The notes: generated by a model from the sequence alone, not told the origin. A DNA stretch of 64,000 nucleotides from Mobula hypostoma (GCF_963921235.1 NC_086097.1:205098001-205162000), one strand, 5' to 3'. Positions 24,681-38,589 are shown, counted from the stretch's first letter. Made by a program: numbers and translations.

Positions 24681-25607
24681 CTTACATAGATGTATTTAAA
24701 AACAGTGATGTCCTCAATGCCCTTCTCTATCTAGCCAGTCACTGATCTCGCATATTCATTGATGTTAATGCAATGATCGCAGGTAACCTCAAATAGCTCA
24801 ACTAGATTGAGCCAATCTGGGATCCCAGTTATCACAGCAAATTTCAGCAAGTTTATCCTGAAAAGTTGATAGGTAGAAATTCGAAAAATAAATTGTTCCA
24901 TTTTCATTAGATGAGAAATCCATTTAGAGTCAGGACAAAAGCAATAAGGTGACATCAAGAACCTGGCTACTGATTTTTTGTGGAGAAGTTGCTGAAGCCA
25001 CCTGCGAGAACAATGAATGGGATCAGAGCTTTATTATGCAGAGAGCTGTGTAGAATGCTAACCATGAGACGTGACGTGTGTCTGACTCTTTAATAATGCT
25101 GGTTTGGAGCTGTCAGCTTTGTAGAAATCTTTTGTGCCAATGTTGTTAAAATTCTTGCCAAAAAACAGAATGTGGTCTTAACACGCTCTTAACATCATTT
25201 GGACACACAGGATGCCAAAACTAACACGGGGCAGATGCACTTCTTGAAGTAAATAAGATTTCCTAATATCTCCTATTCAAACATGCAATGTAAAATTTGT
25301 TATTGTAGCACTGTTTTTGGGCTTTGCACAGTTGAACTTTTATGCCTAATTCTCCTGGTAGATTTGATTACCTCATGGAAAAGAACTGTTTGCCAATTAA
25401 TTATTAGCTGATGTCATTAGTGTTTCTATTGTTTTTTTTTGATAGATTGTTGTTCCATGTGCTTCAAAAACATGAACATGTAATGTTCTCAATGGATTCC
25501 CAGTGTTATTTATTATCAAGCTAGACTGACTGTTTTGGAAAAACTATACAATAAACAGAGTTAAATGAATTTCTAGGCTTATCTACCTGGAACTGTTTCA
25601 TATTTCA

Positions 25608-25745
25608 TGGCATCAAGGGTTACGGGGAGAAGGCTGGGAACTGAGGTTGAGGAGGAGATTAAAAAAAAGGATCAGCTATGATTGAATGGTGGAGCAGACT
25701 CGATGGGCCAGATGGCCTAATTCTGCTCCTATGTCTTATGGTCTA
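25608..25745 (+). mobile_element. CR1 3' tail fragment
   Basis: 'ggcatcaagggttacggggagaaggc...ctcctatgtcttatggtct'. Confidence 0.85.
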
Positions 25746-26444
25746 TATTTTTTGGCAACTTGTATTAAATAATTTTATTTCGTGTGTTGTTATCCTAATA
25801 TGTTGACTATTTAAGTAATACCAATGATTATGAAAGAGAAGTAACTAACATTGTTTCCACAACTAGATAAGGTTGACTAGCCTGTGTGACAAATCTCCCA
25901 ATATTGGCACAAATTAACATATATCTGTGAGGAAGATTCTTCTGAATTGGCAGGGCCAGGTCTGTCTTTGCCACGTGTAAATCCTGTCCTTAGATCAGTG
26001 CTGATTAGATTGTTCTCTTTACAGCCTGATGGCAAGGTAGACCATTTCACAGGAAATACTTTGCTTTAAAATAATGGGTAACTTCCTTTCCTGATGTACA
26101 TTAATGATAGTTTTTTTTAATGACCAAAAGTTAGCTTCATGAATACCATTGTATTAGGGTTCTTTAACACATTTATTTAATTTAGTGAGTAAAAATAATT
26201 CAGTTGCTAGTGTTTGAACTTGAACTTTCTAGATTGCTTGTTGGATTCAATTTTAATTAGCCTTTTAGGAGTAATTAGATGTCTCCAGTACTTCTCTTTA
26301 CCTTGCTCCATTTATTTAATTGAATCAGCTGGGAAATTGTTTCAATATTTTTTCTTTCTATAAACACTGTTAAGCATATTACTGCCCACAGGTAGTAATG
26401 TATTGACTTGACCATACATTAAACTATTTTCCATTTGCCTACAG

Positions 26445-26527
26445 GTATTCCCAGTGACCAGAGCAGTGGTACATCTTCTCCACTTTGTGATAGTGGATTA
26501 CATCTCAACTATCACCCTAACAATACA
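26445..26527 (+). CDS. SNTG1: SNTG1 coding exon, 83 nt, phase 1/0
   Basis: ttgcctacag|GT...ACA|gtaaga. Translates (C)IPSDQSSGTSSPLCDSGLHLNYHPNNT; frame matches the previous exon. Confidence 0.97.
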
Positions 26528-27557
26528 GTAAGATGCAATTCAGATTTAAACTTCATGTTGCAGCTGACATAATGGTTATTTTCCTCTTTTTACCATTTTT
26601 AGCTGAAGATAGATTTGAGTGTTCGCCACCTTGTATTCGTGTTTATTTTAACAGAAACACCAGCAAAAGAAAATAGGTCTAAATTTAAATCACAATCTTC
26701 CTTTGAAACCTTCCAAGAATATTTAACATTTAGATGTACTCATTACATATGTATCAGGTGCTCAATGCCTCACGTTGAAATTCAGAAGTGGAGCGACTTC
26801 TTGGACTGAATGACCTAATTGTGCTCCTATGTTTTATTGTTAAAATTAGTAATTCCTACCATATATCCGAAACTATGACAAAATCATGTTGGGAGATTGG
26901 GAGATTGGGAAAATGTATAGAACTTTTTGTTCACGATTCTTATAATGTTCCAAAACTCTACTGAACCTGACGCCCTGTTAACATATCCTGCCATTATTGG
27001 GCATACAAGTAGAATCTCTGGAAAAATGGTAGATATGGAGGGGGCCTTAAGATCTTCTTGCAAGTCAGTTTGAATCTCATGAGGCACAGAAAATCAGGCT
27101 GAAATGAAATGAATAAAAAAACACCTAATCTAATCTCTTGTTTGAGCACAAAGTACTGAATTGCTTTGATTCTCAAAGAGGTATTTAGAATTTTGCTGCA
27201 TGCTGTTAAACTGTCACTAGAATTTTTGTGTTGATTTTTATGTAGCCTAAAATGACATGAATTTTAGAATGTTACAATAATTTAAATCTAACAGCCAAGG
27301 TCAAAGTCTGTCAAATCATTTGCTGAAGGATTAATTGAGCATGTCAAAGTATTAAGAACCTATTGATTTTCAGTCATGGGTATATGAAACCTTAATGTAT
27401 GTGAAGTATTCATCCCAACAAACTGTTTCAATATCTATTTAAATTAAAGAAACATAGTGGGGTCATTTCAGTTGCAATCTTTTGCAAGTTATGGAAATAC
27501 AAATCTTATTAAGAACACACTTCAGTTAGAAAGTCTAAAATGACAAATAATTTTCAG

Positions 27558-27688
27558 GATTCATTGTCATGTTCTTCATGGACACCATCCTCAGGCCTGA
27601 AGTGGGAGAAGAGATGGTGTGATCTGCAGCTAATACCTCTTCTTCATTCTCGTCTGTCACATCACATTCCAGGCACTGATATTTCTAG
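27558..27688 (+). CDS. SNTG1: SNTG1 coding exon, 131 nt, phase 0/2
   Basis: ttttcag|GAT...TCTAG|gtaatt. Translates DSLSCSSWTPSSGLKWEKRWCDLQLIPLLHSRLSHHIPGTDIS(R). Confidence 0.97.
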
Positions 27689-28606
27689 GTAATTGTTTAA
27701 AATATTACTTACGTGAAGCAAATTAATGTTCAAGTGTTGTGTTTGGAATTAAAGTGCCATAAATATGATCAATATTGAAATACCTAACAAATATTTTCTT
27801 CAAATATTGCACTATAATTTGACTGCAACTACTTTCCCTAATCAGGGCACCATCATGAACAGCTTCTTCCCCTGCACCATCAAATTTCTGAATGATCCAC
27901 AAACATATGAATGCTGCCTTGTTATTTGCCTTTTGTACTATTTATTTATTTATTTTGTGCGTTGTAGTAAATTTTATATCTTGAACTGTCTTGCAGCCAC
28001 GGAACAACAAATCTCATGACATATCTCAGTGATAATAAACCTGCTTCTAATAATGATGCTGCCAGTGAAAGGAAGCACTTTATTGCTGGCCCACAAAGGA
28101 GCAGCAATTCCACTGCAGCACCATTCAGGAGTATTTACTCCTCTGAAATTTACTATCTATTTAAGATTCTTCAGGGTTCCTTTCACATGTTTTGCAGTTT
28201 TTGGTAGAACTGAAGGTGAAAGAAAAGGGGGTGGGGAGAAGATCAAATAAGCCCATCCCTCCATTGTGATTGACTTTAAAACTATTACTACTAACTAGCC
28301 CTACTTTCCTCCTTATTGCCACATTTCCTCAGACAGTTCTGAATAGAAGTAGCAAGAGAGGTAAATGAAAGAACACTCTCCCAGAAATCTAACTGCCTGA
28401 AAGAAATAAGAGATTGAATTCTGCATAGACTTTGTGTCCCAATGTTCCACCATTTCAACAGCAAGCTTATTTAATTTTGGGTTGGTTTGCCAAGGAAAAT
28501 CAACCTCAGCTATATGAGCAAGCTAAGCAATAACAGTGCATTTGTTCAACAATTATGCTAACATTTCTATCCTTGAGAGTAAGTTAAATGATATAAATCC
28601 TTAATT

Positions 28607-28800
28607 AAGACCATAAGACATAGGAGCAGAATTAGGCCATTTGGCCCATCGAGTCTGCTCCGCTATTGAATCATGGCCGATCCTTTTTTTCCCTCTTCAG
28701 CCACACTCCCTAGCCTCTGATGCTGTGTCCAGTCAAGAACAAGCTGTGCCTTAAATATACCCGACTTCCTGTGGTAATAAATTGCACAGATTCACCACCA
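28607..28800 (-). mobile_element. CR1 3' tail fragment
   Basis: 'taagaccataagacataggagcagaattaggcc'. Confidence 0.85.
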
Positions 28801-29512
28801 ATTCAAACAGCCAATTTTGTCCTAATGAAATGGAGTGATATCTGGCAGATATTTCACAGATGTTTCACTCATCAGGACCAGTGTCCAAGTAAGGAAACAC
28901 CTGATGAGTGACCTGAATTTTGCTGGGTGTCGCCAGAAATTCCTGAGGTGATTCCGTATCCAACAGTGGAACAGAAGCTTGCTGAGATTCCCCCTCCGTT
29001 ATAGTAAGGTATATACTATCAGATCCTCAACCACGTTAGATCAGTGAATCCATGGAGATGAATGGGAATTTAAAAACTGTACAGAAAAATGGAAGAATAA
29101 GCTAAGCTGTGTTTCTTAGTTATTTGTGTTTTCTTTCATGCTTTTAATTATTCAGAAGTGTTTACATTTTGTTTCAAAATGTTTGATTATTTGAAAAGAA
29201 GTTTTTAAATGTTTCTGATTGTTAGAGTTGTTTAGGAGGATGAAAACATTTTGACATTTTGACAGGGCTGGGAGTGGAGTCTTTCCTATCTCCAATGGAT
29301 TTTCATAGTTGAGACTTTATTTGGGACCAACGTGCAGCACTAGACCTTATTCTTCAGTCCTTGCCTGGCAAGATCCAGACTTCATACGTTCAAGGCTTTG
29401 TCCAAGACCATGAGCAATGAGCCATGCTCAGATATGACTAGGCTTTGTCTTTAAATATTTGTCTTTAAATATTGGATATTATTTCTCTTCATGTGTTTTG
29501 TGACGTTTTTAG

Positions 29513-29642
29513 GCAAAATGCATTTCAAGTAATTGCTGTGGACGGAGTATGCAGTGGTGTAATTCAGTGTCTCACTGCTGAAGACTGCATAGATTGGCTA
29601 CAAGCACTGGCAATTAATATATCCAACCTTACCAAGCACAAT
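29513..29642 (+). CDS. SNTG1: SNTG1 coding exon, 130 nt, phase 2/0
   Basis: tttttag|G...AAT|gtatgt. Translates (R)QNAFQVIAVDGVCSGVIQCLTAEDCIDWLQALAINISNLTKHN; lies inside ORF 29472..29726. Confidence 0.97.
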
Positions 29643-30687
29643 GTATGTATCCATGTTTGTGCAAGGATAAAATATAGGGTTTTACTCCAAGCTCAACAGA
29701 CTACTGCCTTGATATTTGTGACTTAAATTGTTTAATTGTTTGTCTACCAAGTCATGAGAGTTCTTTTTTAATCGTCTAAAAAAATTCCATATTTGCCATT
29801 GGCAAAATAGTAATTAAAGAGTCATTGATATGTATATGATTTTAATATAACAATAAGACTTTACACAAGCTTTAGCTGTAATTAGCATAAGTCTTGGTAA
29901 TACAGTAATAGGGAATATTTGCATGGTTATTTAACATTTAAATTATACCACTAAATTAATATAATAACACATGTAATTATATTCACAAAACCGCCTTTTT
30001 AATGTTTCTTTGAGGTACGACTTTGATGCTGAATTATTCCCAATAATATCTGCAAAGCTAAAAGGTGTAGAGTAAAAAAATATTTATGTAACTTATAATG
30101 AAATAACTTGTAATCAGGTATCAAGACCAGCATAAACAGCTTTGTGCTGTGTCACAACTCAAAGGAAGACAAACTATTAACCCTGGAACAGGGGGAACCT
30201 TTGTTCTCTAAGAATAGTTCTGTGCTACCACACAAGGAAGTGAACCCTTTATAATTTCTGAACAACCATCCAGTTTACAAGTGTTATCAGATAGAAATCT
30301 TCTCATCATGTAAGTTAGAATATACAGTACATAAAATATTGTGAACTAACTGGATGGCTTTAAACAACTGTGTTCAAGTATATCATTGTTTATGTAAGTA
30401 ATCTTGTGTCATACTGTGATATTAAGTTGCAATATTTTTGACAATAACAGATCCTAAAGATACATCAATAATTACAGCCATTATGCATGATACTTCACTC
30501 TTTGGCATTAATGACCAATAAAATTAAATGGTTTCCATGTTTACAAATCAGAAAACTCTAGCTTAACTATTATCTTTGTACATGTTGTTATTTTGATAGT
30601 CTGCCATATTCATTTTACTGTGCCTATTTTGACTCCTAGCTAAAGTACAATGCATTTACTATATTCAATTCAATATTTTTCCCTCAG

Positions 30688-30726
30688 ATTAAAAAGATAA
30701 ACAGAAATTTTCCCGTAAACCAACAG
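30688..30726 (+). CDS. SNTG1: SNTG1 short coding exon, 39 nt, phase 0/0
   Basis: tttttccctcag|ATT...CAG|gtaaga. Translates IKKINRNFPVNQQ. Confidence 0.96.
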
Positions 30727-32211
30727 GTAAGATGGAATATTCAATAGTCACATTGACACATTTATCTGCCAAATGCATTGTTCTAAATTTCTTCTTTTTT
30801 TACCTTCAGTGTAGAATGACCTTTAAATAAAGACTAATGGCCCATAGCTATCCCTATGAACAAGAATTGCTAATTAAGTTATTATTGACTTTATCAATGA
30901 GGATGTTCAGTTAAGCAACTTTCAATTTCTGTTGCTAGAAAACTCAAATATTTACATTCTGTGAGCAAGAACTTGGATAAACTGATATATTTGATTCAGA
31001 TTCAGTGAATCTCTTCTCAATCAAAATTAAATTGAATACAAGGTATGCGGTTGCTTTGGTGGAGTGATAAACACATTTCAGTCAAATGGTTAAGAAATGA
31101 AAGATAAAACCAAAACATAATTAAATGTAGTTTAATATATTTTCATACAGAAACATAGTAACATGCACGTTTTAACTGAGTTTCATTATCAAAAACAGAA
31201 AATGAAATGAAATTATGGCTTCCTTGACTGAGAGAGGGCTACCAGCAAGACAAGTACAGGGATATATGTTTGGGATGTTTAACTTTAATTCAGACTAATT
31301 TATTGTGACTTTACATAGATCACGGAGAATGAAACACTTGGAAATTTTGTGCAGCTAATCTTTAGAAGAGCATGTATTAGTGAAGGTTTAAAGAACAAAT
31401 AAGATCATTTCAGATCAGGCTCAACATGACAAAGATGCTCATAGAGGTGATTACTCTTCGTCCTAAAGAGAAAATAAAAGAGGGTCGTGATCCTCTTAAG
31501 GATCAACATAAAGATTTGAAAGAAAACTTTAAAAAATCACAGACTGTACAAGAGGCAAAAGATGAGATACGTCTTTCTCCACAGGAGCTCGGTAAATATA
31601 GCCAGCAATGATCTGGTGAAGTCTTTTTCACAAGAACTGGATAATTATGTGACTGGAAATGTGGTTGAAGGTTATCAGAATAATTGTAGAGTTCATTAAG
31701 TAGACATAGCCAGCTACCTTGTGGAATATAATCGTTATTGTGCTGCTGTGATCAAGGAAATGTCAAGACTGGTAATCAATTGACCAGGGTTGAATGAAGG
31801 AGATATTGGATTGATATTTTAGAATTTGACTTAATTCACTGTGGGGATCAATGAAAAGTTATGTAAATCTTTCCCTTATGAAACTACAAAACTTGGTTGA
31901 CATTCGTAATAGACTGCAATGTACATGTCTGGTGAAAGGAATAAAATTGATAAAGCGTAACTCAACCTTCCTATATTTTTTTTCATCCACTGGAGAATTT
32001 CGTCTGCCAGCTGCTCAATGTATCTTGCTGATCTCATTGACCTGTTTATGCTTTAGCATCTTTTCATCGCATTATCGTATTGATATTCAGTCAGCAGTTT
32101 TGGACATCGCTTAAGTGTAAGCAGCCTTTGAATTAATATCTAAAACAACAAGACAATGCAGCTAGTTCGGATTTCCAGAGTTTCGGTATTATGGCCATGA
32201 TGGTTATCTTT

Positions 32212-33515
32212 TCTTTTTAAATCTTTTTATTGAATAAGTATACAAAGGGTAAACCATAAAGGCACTAATACACTGTTAGAAATTACAGGAGATATTAATA
32301 CAGAAAAAAAATTGATACAAACAGTGCACTTTAAACATAAAATAATATGGTAAAATAATAGTATACTGATTTTTATATATACATATCAATAGAGAAAAGG
32401 AAAAAAAAACCCAAAAAAAAGACCCCCAAAAAAACCCCACCGTGCAACTAAACTAAAAGCAAAGCAAAGCAATGGGCTAACTTGGAAACAGGTGGAGTTA
32501 AAGAACTTAAAATCACGTCCTCAAACCCGACCTCCATTAAAAACAGTTTAAAAAAAAGGCAAGAAGGGAATATAAATATGGAACAAAAGAGAAAAAAAAT
32601 TACATTAAAGGAAAATATTGAATAAAAGATCTCCAGGTCTGTTCAAATTTAAGTGAGGAATCATAAAGATTACTTCTAATTTTCTCCAAATTTAAGCATA
32701 ATATCATCTGGGAAAACCAAAAAAAGGTAGTTGGAGCATTAGGCTCTTTCCAATGTTGTAAGATACATCTTTTCGCCATTAAAGTAAGAAATGCAATCAT
32801 TCTACGAGCTGAAGGGGAAAGATTACTGGAAATTTTAGGTCATCCAAAGATAGCAGTAATAGGATGAGGAGAAATATCTATATTCAATACCTTTGAGATA
32901 ATATTAAAAATGTCTCTCCAAAAAGTTTCCAGAATAGGACAAGACCAAAACATATGAGTTAAAGAGGCTATCTGCCCCGGACATCTATCACAAAAAGGAT
33001 TAATATGAGAATAGAAACGAGCTAATTTATCTTTGAACATATGTGCTCTATGAACAACTTTAAATTGAATTAGGGAATGTTTAGCACAGATAGAGGAAGT
33101 ATTGACTAATTGTAAAATCTGCCCCCAGTCATCCACGGAAATAATAGAACCCAATTCTTGTTCCCAATCTGACCTAATCTTACCAAATGGAGCTTTCCTA
33201 AGTTTCATAATAATATTATAAATAATAGCCGTTACACCTTTCTGACATGGATTAAGGTTAATTATAGTATCTAAAATATATGTAGGAGGTAGCGTCGGAA
33301 AGGAAGAGAGTATAGTACTTAGGAAATTTCTAACTTGTTGATATCTAAAAAATGTATTCTTGGTAAATTATATTTATTAGATAGTTGTTCAAAAGGCATA
33401 AGGGAACCATCTAAAAATAAATCCAAAAACAGTGAAATACCCTTAGTCTTCCAAATTTGAAACGCACGATCCGTGAAAGAGGGAGGAAAAAATATGTTAC
33501 CTAAAATAGGGATCA
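32212..33515 (-). mobile_element. L1-clade LINE, 5'-truncated, with a perfect 19-bp TSD
   Basis: C-terminal CCHC zinc finger (CDRC...HMFWSC, ORF 32840..33208). Stop at 32600, aataaa at 32226-32231 on the minus strand, A-rich tail. TSD ggccatgatggttatcttt at 32193-32211 and 33516-33534. Confidence 0.95.
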
Positions 33516-34224
33516 GGCCATGATGGTTATCTTTGCTGCAGGTATTGCTGCTAGCCACTTCTTGAAATCACATGGATTTATTTGGCTTCGATTCTGAGAA
33601 AGTGACAGCCTCAGAGAATTTGAAGTTCTATCATCCACCTCACAGTTCTGAAAGAACATGATTGCAAAACTTTATCATGGCTTTTAGCACGCACATCCTG
33701 GGGCTTGCCATTACTGAGAATGGTATGGTATTGGAATCGCCTTCATCTGTTTTTTTTCACTGTTTAATTGTTCATTCCCATTCAAGACAAGATGTAGTGG
33801 AACTGCAGAGCTTTGATCTGTGAGATCAGTTTGCTTAGTGAGTTGTTTGTTGTTTTTGCTGTTTAGTACAACTGTATTTCTGTGATGCTGTTTCACCAGT
33901 TTAGCAGCCCGAATCCCTTTATCATTGATGTGGCTTGATTGTGATGGTAGAGGGAAAGGAATTCCAGGCCATAAGCTCACAGATATTTACTGCAAATGGT
34001 CCACTTTGCCTTGTAGATGCTTATGTGCCTCGGCTACCAGATGTACTCTGAGTCTCTCCCATTTAGTACAACTCAAAGGATATGCTACATAGTCAAGGGT
34101 CTCCTCGGAGTGGAGATGGGGAATTATCCCCACATTTTCTCTACTATGGTTTCTTCTACAAGTACCACCCAGGACAGATATAACTGATATAGCTGGTGAG
34201 CTGAAGTCAATGGACAAAAATAGT

Positions 34225-35590
34225 AAATTGGTTTATTATTGTCACATGTACCAAGGTACAGTGACAAACCTGTCTTGCATACCATTCATATAGATCAGTT
34301 CACTACAACAGTGCATTGAAGTAGTACAAGGTAAAACACAGTACAGAGTAAAGTTTTATAGTAATAAAGAAAGTGCAATTCAGGTAGGCAGGCCATAATG
34401 AGGTAAATTACGAGGTCAGGAGCTAATCTTACCATAGTAGGGAACCATTCATTAGGGAACTATTAAAGGGGAGATGTCTAATTATTTTAGTATCCTCAGG
34501 AAGCAGAGGTGCGGGTTAGTTTTCTTGACTATGGCATCAATCTGGTTTGAATGGGACAGGTTATTGATAATATCCACTTCTAGAATCTTGAGACTGTAGT
34601 TGATTTGAGTTCATGATTGTACAAGGGAGGAATACTGAAGTGGTTTCCCGTTGCTGCCTTCAGTTGCAGTGTCCATACTGGACGGGTAACCCTGGCCATT
34701 GATCAGCAGATTCATCTGCCCAGCATTTTCAGTTTTACAACCATAAATTCCAATTATAGAATCTGCTTGTAAAACAATCCACCACCTGCAAACCATGGCT
34801 TCACATGACCCTGACTGGGAGGCTAAACAGGTACTACACCTTGCCCAACGGTGACCTGTAAGCTAGCGAATGGAAGGAGCACCTTACACCTCCTTTTGCT
34901 GAGCAATTGCACAGCACTGACACCAATATCCTCAGAAGAATGCTATGTGTATCATATATAGACAGGATAACCAACGAAGAAGTTCTACAGAGAACGAAAA
35001 CAAAATGTACATTACTTAAAAAAAAATCAGAAAACAGCAATCAAAATTCGTTGGACACATCATGCGAAGAGAGACATCAGAACGTTTAGTTACAACTGGA
35101 AAGTTGGAAGGAAAAAGAAGCAGAGGCAGACAGGGAATGAAAATGATAAATGGAATAACATCATGGTTAGAAACGGGGAGGCAACAACAACAATTCGGAG
35201 GGTTAGGGACCATGATAGATGGAGAGACATGATCGCCCATGCCAAATGGCAAGGCATCTGAAGGAAGAAACTTGAAGCTACCATTCTTCTCAAGCTCAGA
35301 ATTTTTGCCGTAAACAGGAGCATATGTAAATGCTCCCTTCCTGAAGTAAATAACCAGATCCTTTATTTTGCTAACATTGCTGGAATGAATTTTGTCGTGA
35401 CACAGTGTAACTTGGCTCTCTATCTTATTCCTATACTTACTTAAAATGTGACCCACTACAGTGATATCATCTGCAAACTTGTAGACAAAATTAGAGTTGA
35501 ATCTGGCCACACATTTCTGAGTGTATAGGAAGTAGAGCAGAGGGCTAAGATGCAGCCTTGTGGTGCAATAGCGTTGAGGTTCAATGCTTG
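34225..35590 (-). mobile_element. Degraded Rex1-like LINE interrupted by an RTE-related composite
   Basis: YKFADDITVVG...KIKDLVIYFRK in ORF 35016..35510; 3' tail at about 34225-34460. Confidence 0.7.
34592..35265. mobile_element. Composite insert: minus-strand RTE-associated SINE-like segment (about 34610-34897) plus plus-strand RTE 3' end (about 34925-35265)
   Basis: LRRMLCVSYIDRITNEEVL, then GHIMRR...GKLEGKRSRGR. Flanked by agaatcttga / agaaacttga. Confidence 0.7.
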
Positions 35591-35639
35591 TGTTAGTTCA
35601 TGCAATACCTGCCATATAAACAATCTGCTATGTCCTTTA

Positions 35640-36985
35640 AACTAAATTGGCCGGGGTGTGGGGGTTCGGTGAGAACCAGGGGCAGTTGGTATACAATTAG
35701 ATGCAGTGTGCAGTGAGACTGTGAGGAAGGACAGGCAGATGTGAGGGGAAAAATGTGAGTGGGATTTGTTCAAATGTAATATGGGGGCAAAATCAAAAAG
35801 GTTGGTGAATACAGGACTGAAGGTGTTGTATTTGAATGCATGCAGTATAGAGAATAAGGTAGATCTTGTAGTGCAGTTAGAGATTGGCAGACATGATGTT
35901 AATGGGCATCATTGAGTTGTGGTTGAAGTAAGGTCATAGTTGGGAGCTTGCCTTCCAAAGATACACATTGTATCGAAAGTCAGGCAGGTAGGCAGCGTGG
36001 CTCTCTTGGTAAAATTGAAATCAAATATTTAGAAAGAGGTGACATAGGAATGAAAGATGTAGAATTGTTGTGGGTAGAGTTAAGAAACTGCAAGTGCAAA
36101 CAGACTCTGATGGGATTTATATATAGGTCTACGAACAGTAGTAAGGATGTTGGCTGCAAATTACAACAGAAGGTTTTTGAAAAAGCATACCAAAATGACA
36201 ATGTTATGTTAGTCATGTTAGTCAATATGCTGGTAGATTGGGAAAATCAGGTTGGCACTGGATCCCAAGAGAAGGAATTTGTATAACGCCTACAAGATGG
36301 CTTTTAAGAGCAGCTCACACAAAATACTGGAGGAACTCAGCAGGCCAGGCAGCATCTGTGGAAAAAAGTACAGTCGACATTTTGGGCCAAAATTCTTTGG
36401 CAGGACTTTTGAGAGCAGCGTGTAGTTGAACTCACTTGGGAAAGCCTATTCTGGATTGTGTAATAAACTGGATTTGATTAGGGAAGTCTAAGGTATAGGA
36501 ACCCCTAGGAAAGAGAGATCATAATATAATATATTTCACCCTGCAATTTCAGATGGAGAAGTTAAAGTCAGAACTAGCAATATTACCATGGAGCAAAGGG
36601 AAATATAGAGACATGAGAGAGGAGCTGGCAAATTTGATCGGAAGGGAACACTAGTAGCAGGGATGACAATAGAACAGAATGGCTGGTGTTTCTGGACTAA
36701 TTATGGAGGCACAGGATAGATACATCCTACAGAAAAAGAATGAGTCTAAAGGCAGGATAATGCAAAAACATGAAAGCAACAAAGGTAGCAAATAATAGAG
36801 AAAAAAATTAATGGAAAGTTAGAGGATTGGGAAGCTTTTAAAAACCAACAGAAGAGAAATAAATAACCCATAAGGAGGGGAAAGATGAAATATGATGGAA
36901 AGCTATACAATAAAATTAAAAAGGATACTAAAGAATTTTTTTTCAGAAATATAAAGCATAAAAGAGAGGTGAGGGGGTTATGGAC
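35640..36985 (+). mobile_element. CR1 ORF2 5' (APE) region, degraded
   Basis: YLNACSIENKVD and VELLWVELRNCKCKQTLMGFIYRS (ORF 35948..36286). Confidence 0.85.
36315..36405 (-). mobile_element. 91-bp Penelope-derived element with a decayed hammerhead and a 14-bp TSD
   Basis: TSD cttttaagagcagc (36301-36314) / cttttgagagcagc (36406-36419). Minus strand reads gtc ctgccaa...ggccc aaaat gtc gac. Confidence 0.8.
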
Positions 36986-37632
36986 TGTTAATGTGAAAGG
37001 ATATTTATTTGGAATATGGGTTTATGAAAGGGAAATTGAATGTTTTGTATATATATATAGTTTTATGTTGCATTAATCTAAAAGGGAGGAAGTGTAATAT
37101 ATGGATCTATTTCCCGCCCGTAGCACTAGATATTGATCTGTTGTCTGTGCATGCAAATTGATCTTTCTCTGTCTTGCTGCAATGTGAATACAGCAGTTAA
37201 AGCTGTCTCCCGCATGCGTGCTTTTATTTAATTGATATGCAGTTATGCACAGGCACAACAGATAACATTTAATTATTGTATAAAGAACTACATTTTTTGA
37301 TTATTGAATTGTGCTCACAAAATTAACTATTAACCCTGCTTAAAAACATTATCATACTTTAAACTGCAGCTTAAAGACCTTGCTTTCTGCTAGGGAAAAT
37401 TTAGATCAAGATTTCACTAGATCTTTCCCTGCACTCTCCCAGCACCCACTGTGGCTTAGAAACATGACGTCATTACAAAGCTAGAAGTTCATTAGTCTGC
37501 ACTATTTCAGTTATGTGGAGTGCTATCTTTCTTAAAGAATTTATCTCATAGGCTGTGGACTTTGTTTAACAAGAACTTTGTTCAATCTTAATGACCTTGA
37601 GGAAAAAAATGGTGACCGACCTTCTTTGACTG

Positions 37633-38370
37633 TCAAAGTTAAAGTACATTTATTATCAAAGTATGCATACTATATACAACCAAGAGATTCATGCAAACAA
37701 TAAAAGGAAACAAATAGCATTCAGAACTGAAACTGTTGAATGTGAGTTCACAGCCACGAAGCAGGTGGCAGCTGGTCCAGGAGCCCATTAGTTGCAGGCC
37801 ACAAACTCGGTTCAGTGGAGAGATGAGTAAACCTCGTGAGCAGTGAGCTGAACACTGGCCCATACCTCACCTCTGGTCCCCACACCCTGACCATTCCAAT
37901 TTGGCCAAACAGTGGTTCATTCCTTGCTCTTGGACCAGAGTCCTGCTGCTTTGTTGTGCTCTTTGGGCCCGGGCCCCACTGCCTCATTTTGGCCTAGTGC
38001 CTGTATTGGACAAACATCAGCTTGTTGCACACCCTCAGATGTGTGCCCCATTGCATCGCCTCTGCCTTGCCTCATTTCTGCCGCTTCAAATCGCCTCCAA
38101 GTCCCCTCCAGCAATGCTCAAACATCAGCTCATCCCTCCCCTCCCCCCAGGCACCGGGCCCAGCCACCTCAATTCAGGCTGTACATAACATGCCGCAAAG
38201 TCCTGCACCTTTGAGACTTCAGTTCACGCTGCAGAAAAGCTCAAGTCCAGAAAGAAAGTTACAGGTTATTGATTGTGATGCTTGTTTTCAAGAAAAAGTG
38301 TGATTACTAAAGTAGTTTGTAGCTTTGGTTGCTGCCAGCAAGTTATTGCTGTGCTTCACCGGCAATGTAT
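37633..38370 (-). mobile_element. Non-autonomous Rex1-like element
   Basis: Tail tcaaagttaaagtacatttatt; GC-richer body with no RT ORF. Confidence 0.6.
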
Positions 38371-38589
38371 TGATGTCGGAGCTGACTCCATATTTTAGGG
38401 AAGGTGACCATAGATTTAGATACGTTGACATTGATGGAACAACACTATGTTTCTAAGTCAGGATGGAATGTGTCCTGCAGAGGCATCTATTATTTGCTGT
38501 GTTACAAAGTACTTGTTGCCACTTTCTTTCTAAAATTTGGAGATCACATGTTTGGGAGGTTGACTCTATGACTCTACCTATGATTTTCA

